NCBI GenBank assembly: GCA_001643675.2
Contig: LSRY02000016.1
Location: 372,001 to 436,000, forward strand
Source: Monocercomonoides exilis PA203
Lineage: Eukaryota > Protista > Preaxostyla
Length of the DNA: 64,000 nucleotides
Direction of reading: 5' to 3'
Part shown: piece by piece, positions 38,481-48,577 of the stretch
Numbering within the stretch: the stretch's first letter is position 1
Layout of the letters: every line of letters begins with the position of its first letter
Position numbers and translations under genes: made by a program
The notes under the pieces: model-generated
What the model was told of the DNA's origin: nothing
Databases searched by the model: none
What the model saw: the letters and a program-made list of their open reading frames with translations, nothing else

Positions 38481-41400
38481 GTGGCGAGGCGCTTCCTTAA
38501 CATGAGAGCTGCATACAATATTATTGCATTATTATTGCTTGTTATGAGCTGCTGCAATGGCAAAGGCACTGAAGAAAAGCAATTCCAACAAGAAATAAGC
38601 AAGGAGTTACAGAAAGGCAAGATCAACATTGATGATGGAAATAGAGAGAATTGCAATATTTTTGGCATTCAGAAAGAAATGACTGGATGTGAAACTGACA
38701 ATCTGATTTGCTATATCCAAACAAGTGTGAATATCATCAACACCTCCTTGTGCGTGACCCATCTCACGTTAGCGCCTCTCAGCGGTTGTCCACTCCTCAC
38801 TGCCCAACACCACTCCGCTGCCTCCATCTGCTCCTCCACTTGCACCGTCCACCCACCTTCCCTCACCAACAACCACCACCACCACCACTGCCACCTCTTC
38901 CTCTCTGCTCATGCCTCCATCGCCCTCACAAACTTCTCCCTCACCACCCACCAACCAGCTATCTTCTCCTTCCCCCTCTTCTCCACCCCAAACAATCTCC
39001 TCCAAGACGCCCACTCCCCAATCATTGCCTCCTTCTCCATCTCCCGCTCCTCTTTCTCCTCTTTCGTCTCCCTCATCCAGCCCTTCCTTTTTTCTCCTTC
39101 TTCCCTCTCTTCCCTTTCCCCTTCTCCTTCATCTTTCTCATCCTCATCCTCATCCTCTTCTTTTTCTTCCCCTTCCCCTTCCTCTTCCTCTTCTATTTCC
39201 TCTTTCTCTTCCCCTTCCCCTTTCCATATCCATCACCAATCCCATCCCCGCCTCCAAATCCACCTCAATCTCCATCTCTCAAACACCCTCTTCTCCAACA
39301 TCTCCTCTCCCCAATCCCATCCATCTCTTCCATCCCTTCCCTCACGCTCACTCAACCCATTCATCTCAACAACAACCACTTCCACTTCCATCAACACAAA
39401 CATCAATGTAATCCCCTCCATCTCACTACACTCATCCATCTCCATCCACTCAACCATCTTCCTCCACACTCACAACCCCATCGATGGTGCCATTCTCCCA
39501 AACCTCAACAGCCCATCTACTTCTCTCTCTGCTTTCAACACCTCTTTATTTCAACAAACACGCTCTTCACGTAATGGTGCAAAGGAGTATATTGGAACTG
39601 AGTCTCAAAGAAAAACTCCCGGAAGATTGGATTCATTTGATCAGAGCAGCCATCGTTTTGAATGGTGTGAATGGATCAACTCAAGCTGCGAAAGTGATCA
39701 TGGAGGTGCTCTGAAAGTCAACTGCACAAATGCAAATATCACAATCACATCTTGCTCGTTTTTCAATTGTTCAACCTCAGGTAATGGTGGAGCTTTGCGT
39801 TGCGATTACTTGTTAAAAATAAACATTACAAATTCCAACTTCACTAGTTGTTCGGCTGCGAATGGAGGAGCAATTTGTTTTGCATTTATACGATTCAATT
39901 CTATCTTTTATCTTTCAGAAAACAAAATTGAAAATAGTAATATTACAAGCTATACTGCCACAGGTTGTTACTTTTTGCTGGAAGCATTTTCGACATCAGG
40001 CCAATTCCTGTTTTCAAAATGTCAATGCATCTCAAATTCTGGTGGTGATTCTTCAGGTGCTGTCACTTTTACTAGGCTTCCATCAAATAAGCCTAATCAA
40101 TTTTTGGTTGAGGAGTGTCAGTTTGTTTGCAATAAATTGACTGCCTCTGCAATATATGGAGGCGCTGGGCTGTGTTGCACAAACACTTTCACTTGGATGA
40201 GCGGGTTCAAATTCATCACTTTCTGTTTCTTCGATGGCAACACCGCAACTAATGGCAGAGGAAATGATGTGTTCTTCGGTGGAAGTAATATTACTCAATC
40301 CCCGTTCGAAAATTGCGGTTCAACAACCCCAGCAAAGAGAGTTTGGAACAACAACACAGCTGATAATGAGACTGTCAACAGCTGGCTCCCTCTCATAAGC
40401 CAGAACAAAATCGTTGCCAGCAATGGAACTGATGCTGATGCCTGTGGCAGACCCCAACAGACCCCATGCGCCACCATTGAGTATGCCCTCAACGGCTTCA
40501 TTTCCCTCCTCCAAGACGCCTCCCTCACCCTCCTCACCTCAATATTTGTTCCCATTCAAACACTCACTTTCAGCACAGTTGACACTAAAATCACTGGAAA
40601 TGGCACAACTGCCACCACTATCGCCTCCAGTGGCATTCCCCAACCATCAAACTCATATTCGCAGTCATCACATTCAACATCATCTCTTTCCTCATTTTCA
40701 TCCCCATCAACAATTTCTTCACCAGATCCATCTGCCACTTCTGCCCTCTTCCAACAGACCCAGGGCTCCCTCACAGTCTCTGCCCTCGCCATCGCCCACA
40801 ACTCCTCAAATCCCATCACCCCCATCCTCTTCCACCTCTCCGATAACTCCCCTTCCCTCAACCTCAACACAACCACCATCACTGGAACAACCACATCTTC
40901 ATCATCAATCACCACGCCCCTCTTCTTCCTCACTGCTGGCTCCCTCGCCTTCAACCACACAGCAATCACAAAACTCTCCCTCAAAAGCCAAAGCATCTTC
41001 CACCTCACCTCCCTCACCGCTCCCCTTGCCCTCAACTCCTCCAACATCACCCACGTCACCTCCACAGCCACCCCCACCAGCTGTGTCCTCTCCTCAACCT
41101 CCTCCCCTGCCCTTTCACTTTCCATTACCAACTGCACCATCACCAACATCGACTCAGTTCCACAAAGCCAACAGACTGCCACCAATGGCGGATGCATCTC
41201 ATTCGCCTCATCTGCCTCTGCCAACTCGTTTTCTGTGAGTGATTCCACCTTCTCCACCTGCTCTGTGAGCGATGATACAAGTTCTGGAGGAAGAGGCGGT
41301 GCTCTCATGATCGAGTACAACGATGATTCACAAGTGTCATCCACAACCTTTTCCATCACCAATATCGTGTTTTCTGCCAACAAGGCCAGTATCGGAAGAG

Positions 41401-44400
41401 ATGTGTATTTTGTGTGTGAGTCCCTTGTCGCTTCTGTAAAGGAACCGTTGTTCGACTTCATGGGAAGTATCAGTCAAAAAGACAACTCGGTTGTTGGACA
41501 TGATAGAACAGAAGCTTTCGGTGATTGGGATGTCGATTTATTCATATTTCTCGATGGATTCTTTGATGATACAATATTTGTCGATGGAATATATGGAGTC
41601 GAAGAGGTGTATTGTGGATTGGAGAAGGCGCCATGTTTGAATGTTAATTATGGAATGGAGCATTTGAAGAGAACGCAGAATATTAAACAAGAAATTGTTT
41701 TGTGTTCAAAATCGACTGTGACAGGATGTTTGAATGTGAGTGGATTGTGTGTAAAGGCGAAAACCGAGACAATTGTGGAGATAGAGTGTCAAACAGAAGT
41801 GAGTGGATCTGAAGAAGAATGTATTCTGAAATCATCATCGCTAACAGAAATGAAGTTCATTAAGATTGTTGTTCCATCGAGTTTTAGCAGAACAGTCTCT
41901 GAAGTGATCGAGTCAAGCACTCAAAATGGAGAGTTGCACATGAAGAACTGTGAGATGAGTGTGAAGGGAGGAAAGGAAAACACGATAGGATTTTTCTTGA
42001 TCAAATCGACAGGGAAGATGATTGAACTGGATTTTGTCACGATTTCAGATGTGAAATCAGCAGGGTCGTTATTTTCATTTTCGCTTTCCTCATCAAATGT
42101 GAATGAACAGGAATACAAAGTGAAACTGTTAAATTGCACACTAGAAAGATTGGAGATTGATAGCACAGCAATAGTAGATGAAAAGGCATCAGTGTTTGGA
42201 AAGAGTGTTGGAGTTGGGATGGTTATGAATGGAAGTACAATTAACGGGGCTTTATCAGAAAAGAGCAAAGAAGGAGGAGCACTGAAAATATTGTTGAGCG
42301 AAGGAGGATATATTACAATTCAAGAGAGTTCATTTACTGGATGTGTTTGTGAGAATGAGAACAATGGAGGAAAAGGAGGAGGGATTTATCTGGATTGCAG
42401 TTCAAATGGAGAAGCATTTCAGCTTTCATCGATATCGTTTTCTGGATGCTCAGCAACAGTTGGGAAGAATATGTTTGTGAAGAGCAGCAATCTGGTGAAC
42501 ACTGTGAATACAGAGCGTTTTGCAATTGTTAACACAGATTACGAGGAGGATGGGAATGCATTTGTTGGGGAAGATGGGACTTATGAGAAAATGGATCTTC
42601 GAGTGTTTATTGTTTCTTTGAAATGGTTAGTCGTATCTGTGTCGACTGGTGGGCATGACACATTTGGGTGTGGAAATGAAAATTTCCCATGTCAATCAAT
42701 GAAAAGTGGAATTGACCACATTGACAGAAGTGAAACAGAAGGAGAAAGGAAAGTGAAAGTGAAAGATGAAGGGACAATTGAAGATATTTATTCATTCACA
42801 AATGCACTTGTGATTGATGGGTGTGTGAATGAAGGAGATGTCATTAAACACAAGCCTGTTCAATTTTATGAAAAAATCAATGGGGATTCTGAATCATCAA
42901 CATCTGTTATTTCATCAACAGTATCACTCAGCTTGTTATCTTTGATGTTGCAGATTCCAAATCAATTTGATCCAAATATGGATTCATTGATCTCATCGAG
43001 TAGGATTCTCCAACTCGAAAACTGTTTATTTGTGGTCCAATCATCAACGGCCATTCAATACTCGTTGATAACAACAACCACTGGAAGTTGCACATTGAAG
43101 GGATGCATTTTGGCAGATTGTTCATTTGCCAAATCACCATTGGTTATGCGTTCTTCTGTTTTGCTTGAAAACAACAACTTTTCAAACATTGTGAACACTG
43201 GAAGTGGTGAAGGAGGTGTTGCAAATGTGACATTGCAAGGAGATGAAAAACTGGAGATCAAATCAACAAATGTGTCATCTTGTTCACTTTCATCAAACAA
43301 TGGAAAAGGAGGATTTTTGTATTTGGATTGTGAAAATTGTTTGAATGAGAAGCCATTTCTTTTAGAAAACGTCTCGTTTGCAAACAACAATGCAGCCATT
43401 GGAAAGAATGTGTTTATTTTTGGAAAGGATTTTAATACTTCTGTGACAAATGAGTCATTTGCCTTCGATTATTCATCAATGATAAATGATGAAACACTGT
43501 TTAAGGGGAGTGATGACTTTCATACGGACAAGGATTTGTTCATGTTCCTTGTTCCATATAGCTCAACTGAGATATTCATCTCATCGAATGGATTTGATGT
43601 TGCAAGATGTGGAAGTGAAGAAGAACCATGCTTCACAATGTGGAAAGGGATGGAAAACATGGAAATAGGGACTAGAATGAAAACAATTCAAATTGAAGGA
43701 TCATCTACAATTCGAGATTCATTCAACATGTCCAATTATCAGATCAAAAAAGCATCATTTATGGGAGAAGAGAATACGAAAGCAATATTGAATGTTGAAA
43801 AGGCAATTGGAAATCAACTGGAATATTTCATGGAAAATTATATTCATCTTGAATTGACAAATATCCAACTGCAATTGTCGTCTGGATTTGACAACTCAGC
43901 CAAAACAATTATTTCAAACAAAAATGGAGAATTGATGATAAGTGAATGCTCTTTCCATTCAGAGGCAGGAGTGAACAATGGATTTGATTGTGTATTTGTG
44001 GATGCGATTGGAGGAAGTGTGGAAGTGAATGTTTTGTCGATGGAATCGTGCAATGTTGGAAACAATATTTTTGTCATTCATGATGCTGGAATAACTTGCC
44101 ATTTCTTGAATGTTCGAATGGGTTCGTTAAATGAAAGCAGAGGATGTATTTTATCAATCAAGAAATCTGAGCCAGGATTGAAGAATTATGAAGGAGAAAA
44201 TGAAGAATGTGTAAATATTGAGATTGAGAAATCATCATATTCAGGAGTGAAGAGAAGTGACAATGGAGCAAGTATTTTGGAATCAATGAGCGAGAATAAG
44301 ATTTGTTTGGTTGTGAATGAGAGCAACATCACAGAAGACAAAGCAGAATTGAGTGAAAAAGGAGGATCAATATTTTTCACATTGGGTACATCTGGATCGA

Positions 44401-47400
44401 TGAAGATGATTGAATCAGCAATCACTCATGACAGTTGCAACAACAACACGGGAAGAGGAGGAGGAGTATATTTGGCAGCAAAGGAAAGAACATTTTTGAA
44501 TTTCACATTTGTGGGAATGAAATTCAGTTCAAACACAGCAAGAGTGGGGAATGATATTTTCATCGAATGTTACAACATCTCATCACAGATCAATGAAAGT
44601 CAATTTCAGTTTGATCTTCGAGAGAATCATTATTCACGAATTAATGCGATATATGGAAGAGATGAATGCGATTACACATATGACATTGACCTGATTGGAT
44701 TTATTACGATCCATCAAAGTGACACCATTATTGTGAGCAGTGTGAATGGAACAAATAGCAGAAAATGTGGAACAAACACACTTCCATGTTTTTCAATTGA
44801 TCATGGACTGATTCATCTGACTTCAGATTTTATTAGTCAGATGTTCATTGTTGAAGAGAGTGTGATTTGTGAAGAGATAAATCTGGAGGAGATGAGTTTG
44901 AGTTCGAAGAGTCGAGGCTTGTGTGAAGTTGAAGTGAAATCAAGAATTGAAAAAACAAAGGATTCTTTGATTTCAACAAGAGAAACAGTCTCGTTGGTGA
45001 GGGTGATTTTTGTGTTTGATTCGAATTTCATTTCTCAACATGAATCACTGATGTCACCAGAAGAAGGGATTCTTGAAATTATGAATTGTTCTTTTTCTTC
45101 AAAACAACCAATGGAAAGTGTTAATGCTGAATTTGCAAACATTTCATTACACATTATTAATATGAGAAAAGGAGAATTGCAACTTGATGGATGCTCAATG
45201 TCAAATCTCATTCTTTATGAATCAGCATTATATCTTTCATCATCACTTCCATCATCAATTGATTCATTAATGATTTACAATTCAACAATTAAAATTTCTC
45301 TGATAGATATTAATGAATGTGGACAATTAACAATTAAGGATTTCAGTACAGAAAATATCACAGCCGAAGGAAATGAAGAATCATTAATATCGTGCCTGTC
45401 ATTGAAAAAGACAATTCAATTGGCAAATTGCACAATAGGTGGAATCTATTCAAACAAAGCAAAAGGGAAAATGATGAAATTGGAGGATTGTTTGGATGTG
45501 AAAATGTACAGTTGCGTTTTTGATGTGAGTTCAAAGGAAAGAAACGAACAATATTTGAATTCGGAAGAAGAGATGTGCAGATGGGAATGTTCTCTTGTGG
45601 ATGTTGTGAAAAGTTCTGTTTTGATGAAAGATACAACAATCTCGAATTCATCAGAAGGAGGAATAACAATGATTGGAGGGGAAATGACTGTTAATGATGG
45701 AAGATTTGAGAACAATAATCCCTCAATTGAAGGATATCCATCATTGAGAAGAAATATCATCTGTTCAGATGCTGGAACATTGAATGTGATGAGTTTGAAA
45801 GGGGGAGATGGATTGGAGAGAAATACATCTCTTTGGATTCTGAATGAAGGGTGCGGTTTTGAAGGGATTGTTTCTGAGAGGGATTCATCATTCTTCATTC
45901 CTGTGCTGGAGAATGTAGAAGCAAAGGAAGAGACAGAAAGAATGAAGTTGACATTCAAAGGATTGCTTCTTGTTCCATGCAATCTGTCATTCTCAGTCGT
46001 GAAGAGAAAGGGAGAAGAGAAAGAGATTGAACAATATGATTTTGATTCAAATGGATTCTTGTCAGAAAGAAAAGTTGAAGGAAGTGTGGCAAAAGATCTC
46101 ATCAGCAGTTGTGGAAATGAAATCGAAGTAATGGTTCAGATTTTATTTGGGAATTCAAATGCTCTTTCTTCAACCGATTCATTTATTCTGAAAAATGCAA
46201 CTGTATCTGAATCGAATGGAGATGGAAGCATTGTGAAAGGAGACAACAAAACAAGTTCATTGTGGGTTGTGATCGCTATTATTTTATTTGTTCTTTTTAT
46301 ATTTCTGATAGGATTTGTTGTTCTCGCCATTCGATGGAGGAAAGGAAAAGAAGAAATTAGGAAATACAAGGAGATTGCGAACGATAACATCAGAAAAGAT
46401 CCGAAGGCATTTGAGATGGTGACGATGGAAATATCACCTGAGGAGCAGTGGAGGAGAGCAGAGAGAGAATCGGAGAAGAAGAATGAAGAGAGGATAAAGA
46501 AGAGGGTGTATGAGAAAAGCTTGGGGCATTCTGAGTCTTCGGAATATCTTCTGGCTGAGAATGGCTCAACTGAATACATTCTTGAACAAGACTCGGATAA
46601 AAATGGAGAATGGGAATTGGAGAAAATGGAAGAAGGTGATGAAGAAACAAGGAAGAGTTCACCATCACCATCAGTTTTATCCACAGACACTGAAACCACA
46701 TTTATTCGTGGGGAAGATCTGTGCCCAACTACCTCATCCATGTCGAATCTGGTTGATGCAATGGCTTGCTCATCGCCTTTTGAAAAACTGATTGTGGATC
46801 TGAGAGATTCGCTGTTCATGTTGCTTCATGGGAGGAATGAAAAGAAAGACCTGGCGATTGGCACATTGAAGGAGAGAGAGGTGACGGGAGCGCAGATGCT
46901 GTTCTGGGTGGCGAATGGAGCTTTGCACTCGCTTGAAGATGAGGAAGACGAACTTCCCTCTTTGCGAGACCTGAGTCCGCACATTGTGCTTTTGTCAGAA
47001 CACATGGTGATCTGCATTGCGCTCCACTCCGACTGCTCCTCTTCATCTGATGATTCAGATTCATCCTCAACCTCATCAACCACGATTGTGACATCTGCCA
47101 GCGATGATAATGAGGAGGAGAAGGAGGATTCTCTTCCATCATCAGCATTTGAAGATGAGGAGGAGAAGTGGAAGGAGTGTTTAAGATGGAAGGCGCCAGA
47201 GCTGATGATGAAGAGCAAGATGGGAGCAACAGAAAAGTCGGTGGTGTTCTCGATTGGGATGATGCTGTGGGAGTGTTTGACGCTGGAGATCCCGTTTGGA
47301 GAATACGAAGGGGAAGTGGCGGGGCAGAAGATTGTTGATGGAGAGAAGCCGGATAAGAGGGGGATTGAAGAGAGTGGATTGAAGAATGTGATGGATGCGT

Positions 47401-47618
47401 GTCTGTCTTCAGAGGCATCGAAAAGACCGACTCTTGCCGAGCTGAAAAAAGAGCTGATTGGACTGTTTCCAAGTAGAACATTTGTTGCGACGATGACAGA
47501 TGCAATCATTCTTGAGGAAAGCAGTGAAGAACATGAAGAAAACATCGAGAGCAAAGAATGTGAAAAGGAAGGGGAAATGGAAGTGAATCTGATGAAAGGC
47601 ATGTTTAATGAGGAATGA
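38481..47618 (+). CDS. Giant (~3040 aa) single-pass receptor-like protein: signal peptide, beta-helix ectodomain with 5 CGxxxx(x)PC modules, TM helix, TKL-like pseudokinase
   Basis: Uninterrupted 9.1-kb ORF (first ATG ~38502); hydrophobic N-terminus; HGGAL/NGGAL/NGGAI repeats; TM LWVVIAIILFVLFIFLIGFVVLAI; RWKAPEL...VFSIGMMLWECLTLEIPF...CLS...RPT. Confidence 0.92.
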   Translation: MARRFLNMRAAYNIIALLLLVMSCCNGKGTEEKQFQQEISKELQKGKINIDDGNRENCNIFGIQKEMTGCETDNLICYIQTSVNIINTSLCVTHLTLAPLSGCPLLTAQHHSAASICSSTCTVHPPSLTNNHHHHHCHLFLSAHASIALTNFSLTTHQPAIFSFPLFSTPNNLLQDAHSPIIASFSISRSSFSSFVSLIQPFLFSPSSLSSLSPSPSSFSSSSSSSSFSSPSPSSSSSISSFSSPSPFHIHHQSHPRLQIHLNLHLSNTLFSNISSPQSHPSLPSLPSRSLNPFISTTTTSTSINTNINVIPSISLHSSISIHSTIFLHTHNPIDGAILPNLNSPSTSLSAFNTSLFQQTRSSRNGAKEYIGTESQRKTPGRLDSFDQSSHRFEWCEWINSSCESDHGGALKVNCTNANITITSCSFFNCSTSGNGGALRCDYLLKINITNSNFTSCSAANGGAICFAFIRFNSIFYLSENKIENSNITSYTATGCYFLLEAFSTSGQFLFSKCQCISNSGGDSSGAVTFTRLPSNKPNQFLVEECQFVCNKLTASAIYGGAGLCCTNTFTWMSGFKFITFCFFDGNTATNGRGNDVFFGGSNITQSPFENCGSTTPAKRVWNNNTADNETVNSWLPLISQNKIVASNGTDADACGRPQQTPCATIEYALNGFISLLQDASLTLLTSIFVPIQTLTFSTVDTKITGNGTTATTIASSGIPQPSNSYSQSSHSTSSLSSFSSPSTISSPDPSATSALFQQTQGSLTVSALAIAHNSSNPITPILFHLSDNSPSLNLNTTTITGTTTSSSSITTPLFFLTAGSLAFNHTAITKLSLKSQSIFHLTSLTAPLALNSSNITHVTSTATPTSCVLSSTSSPALSLSITNCTITNIDSVPQSQQTATNGGCISFASSASANSFSVSDSTFSTCSVSDDTSSGGRGGALMIEYNDDSQVSSTTFSITNIVFSANKASIGRDVYFVCESLVASVKEPLFDFMGSISQKDNSVVGHDRTEAFGDWDVDLFIFLDGFFDDTIFVDGIYGVEEVYCGLEKAPCLNVNYGMEHLKRTQNIKQEIVLCSKSTVTGCLNVSGLCVKAKTETIVEIECQTEVSGSEEECILKSSSLTEMKFIKIVVPSSFSRTVSEVIESSTQNGELHMKNCEMSVKGGKENTIGFFLIKSTGKMIELDFVTISDVKSAGSLFSFSLSSSNVNEQEYKVKLLNCTLERLEIDSTAIVDEKASVFGKSVGVGMVMNGSTINGALSEKSKEGGALKILLSEGGYITIQESSFTGCVCENENNGGKGGGIYLDCSSNGEAFQLSSISFSGCSATVGKNMFVKSSNLVNTVNTERFAIVNTDYEEDGNAFVGEDGTYEKMDLRVFIVSLKWLVVSVSTGGHDTFGCGNENFPCQSMKSGIDHIDRSETEGERKVKVKDEGTIEDIYSFTNALVIDGCVNEGDVIKHKPVQFYEKINGDSESSTSVISSTVSLSLLSLMLQIPNQFDPNMDSLISSSRILQLENCLFVVQSSTAIQYSLITTTTGSCTLKGCILADCSFAKSPLVMRSSVLLENNNFSNIVNTGSGEGGVANVTLQGDEKLEIKSTNVSSCSLSSNNGKGGFLYLDCENCLNEKPFLLENVSFANNNAAIGKNVFIFGKDFNTSVTNESFAFDYSSMINDETLFKGSDDFHTDKDLFMFLVPYSSTEIFISSNGFDVARCGSEEEPCFTMWKGMENMEIGTRMKTIQIEGSSTIRDSFNMSNYQIKKASFMGEENTKAILNVEKAIGNQLEYFMENYIHLELTNIQLQLSSGFDNSAKTIISNKNGELMISECSFHSEAGVNNGFDCVFVDAIGGSVEVNVLSMESCNVGNNIFVIHDAGITCHFLNVRMGSLNESRGCILSIKKSEPGLKNYEGENEECVNIEIEKSSYSGVKRSDNGASILESMSENKICLVVNESNITEDKAELSEKGGSIFFTLGTSGSMKMIESAITHDSCNNNTGRGGGVYLAAKERTFLNFTFVGMKFSSNTARVGNDIFIECYNISSQINESQFQFDLRENHYSRINAIYGRDECDYTYDIDLIGFITIHQSDTIIVSSVNGTNSRKCGTNTLPCFSIDHGLIHLTSDFISQMFIVEESVICEEINLEEMSLSSKSRGLCEVEVKSRIEKTKDSLISTRETVSLVRVIFVFDSNFISQHESLMSPEEGILEIMNCSFSSKQPMESVNAEFANISLHIINMRKGELQLDGCSMSNLILYESALYLSSSLPSSIDSLMIYNSTIKISLIDINECGQLTIKDFSTENITAEGNEESLISCLSLKKTIQLANCTIGGIYSNKAKGKMMKLEDCLDVKMYSCVFDVSSKERNEQYLNSEEEMCRWECSLVDVVKSSVLMKDTTISNSSEGGITMIGGEMTVNDGRFENNNPSIEGYPSLRRNIICSDAGTLNVMSLKGGDGLERNTSLWILNEGCGFEGIVSERDSSFFIPVLENVEAKEETERMKLTFKGLLLVPCNLSFSVVKRKGEEKEIEQYDFDSNGFLSERKVEGSVAKDLISSCGNEIEVMVQILFGNSNALSSTDSFILKNATVSESNGDGSIVKGDNKTSSLWVVIAIILFVLFIFLIGFVVLAIRWRKGKEEIRKYKEIANDNIRKDPKAFEMVTMEISPEEQWRRAERESEKKNEERIKKRVYEKSLGHSESSEYLLAENGSTEYILEQDSDKNGEWELEKMEEGDEETRKSSPSPSVLSTDTETTFIRGEDLCPTTSSMSNLVDAMACSSPFEKLIVDLRDSLFMLLHGRNEKKDLAIGTLKEREVTGAQMLFWVANGALHSLEDEEDELPSLRDLSPHIVLLSEHMVICIALHSDCSSSSDDSDSSSTSSTTIVTSASDDNEEEKEDSLPSSAFEDEEEKWKECLRWKAPELMMKSKMGATEKSVVFSIGMMLWECLTLEIPFGEYEGEVAGQKIVDGEKPDKRGIEESGLKNVMDACLSSEASKRPTLAELKKELIGLFPSRTFVATMTDAIILEESSEEHEENIESKECEKEGEMEVNLMKGMFNEE

Positions 47619-48577
47619 GTGATAAATGCAAAAGAAATGCCATCCGTGCAAGAATGATGTTTGGGAAATAATGAAAGTTGTTAGAGTATTTTTACACCTG
47701 TTTTGATCATGGTTGAAATTAGATTCGTTGGATTTGGAAATGGACTTGTGACAGGATGGAGACTAATCGAGCAAGCGAGTTTTGAGACTTGTTTTCATGA
47801 AGAGAGTTTTTGATAACTTTTTAATCACAATTTTAAGATGGAAATTTTGGGACAAAAAATAAGTCTTGATGATATTTTTACACTCACAAATTTTATTTCA
47901 ATAGCAGTTAAAATGCTTCATAATTCTCTATTTGAACCTCAAAACAAATAAAAATAGAAGTTTATGTTATTTTTTGAAAAAAGCTCGACTAAAGAGTGCA
48001 ATCCGTTAATGAACTTACAACAGACACATTTCCATTTTTATTTATTCGAAGACTTTCATTTCTGTCAGAGTCAAACGTTGGATAAAATATTCTATAGAAA
48101 AGAAAAAGGAAAAGAAAGGAATGGATGTTTGTTTGTTATCATGGACAATGCTAAATACAAGTAACTACTTTGACATTGAAAGAATAATGTGTTGATTCTC
48201 GAGAAAAGAACCAGTGTGAAAAGCCTTCAATACATGGGGGATAAAAATAAAGAAACCTTGTTGCAGATGTTTATACTGATTTTCATTTCTTCAAAAATTA
48301 CCATTTTTCGATAATTTATATTATTCATTTTCAAGATCTGAAAAAGCGTCAAGATTAAATTTTTGCTCATTTTATTTTGAGATAAAATTACTTTTACAAT
48401 AAAAAGAAAAGAAAAGAAAAGAAAAGAAAAAAAGAAATGACAAATCATAAAGCGTCATGATAGAAAATCGTGCCTGTGTTTTTTTTAACGATATTTCTTT
48501 TAAAAGAAAATGTATCATCTGTAGTTAAACTAAAAATGGATGAGAAGACGTGCATACCATGAGCTGTGTCAGGACAT

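Noticed and set aside
38481-47618. Bacterial autotransporter/Pmp gene or bacterial contamination
   Set aside because: No beta-barrel C-terminus; it has a eukaryotic TM plus TKL-like tail, a local paralog, and is embedded among spliceosomal-intron genes.
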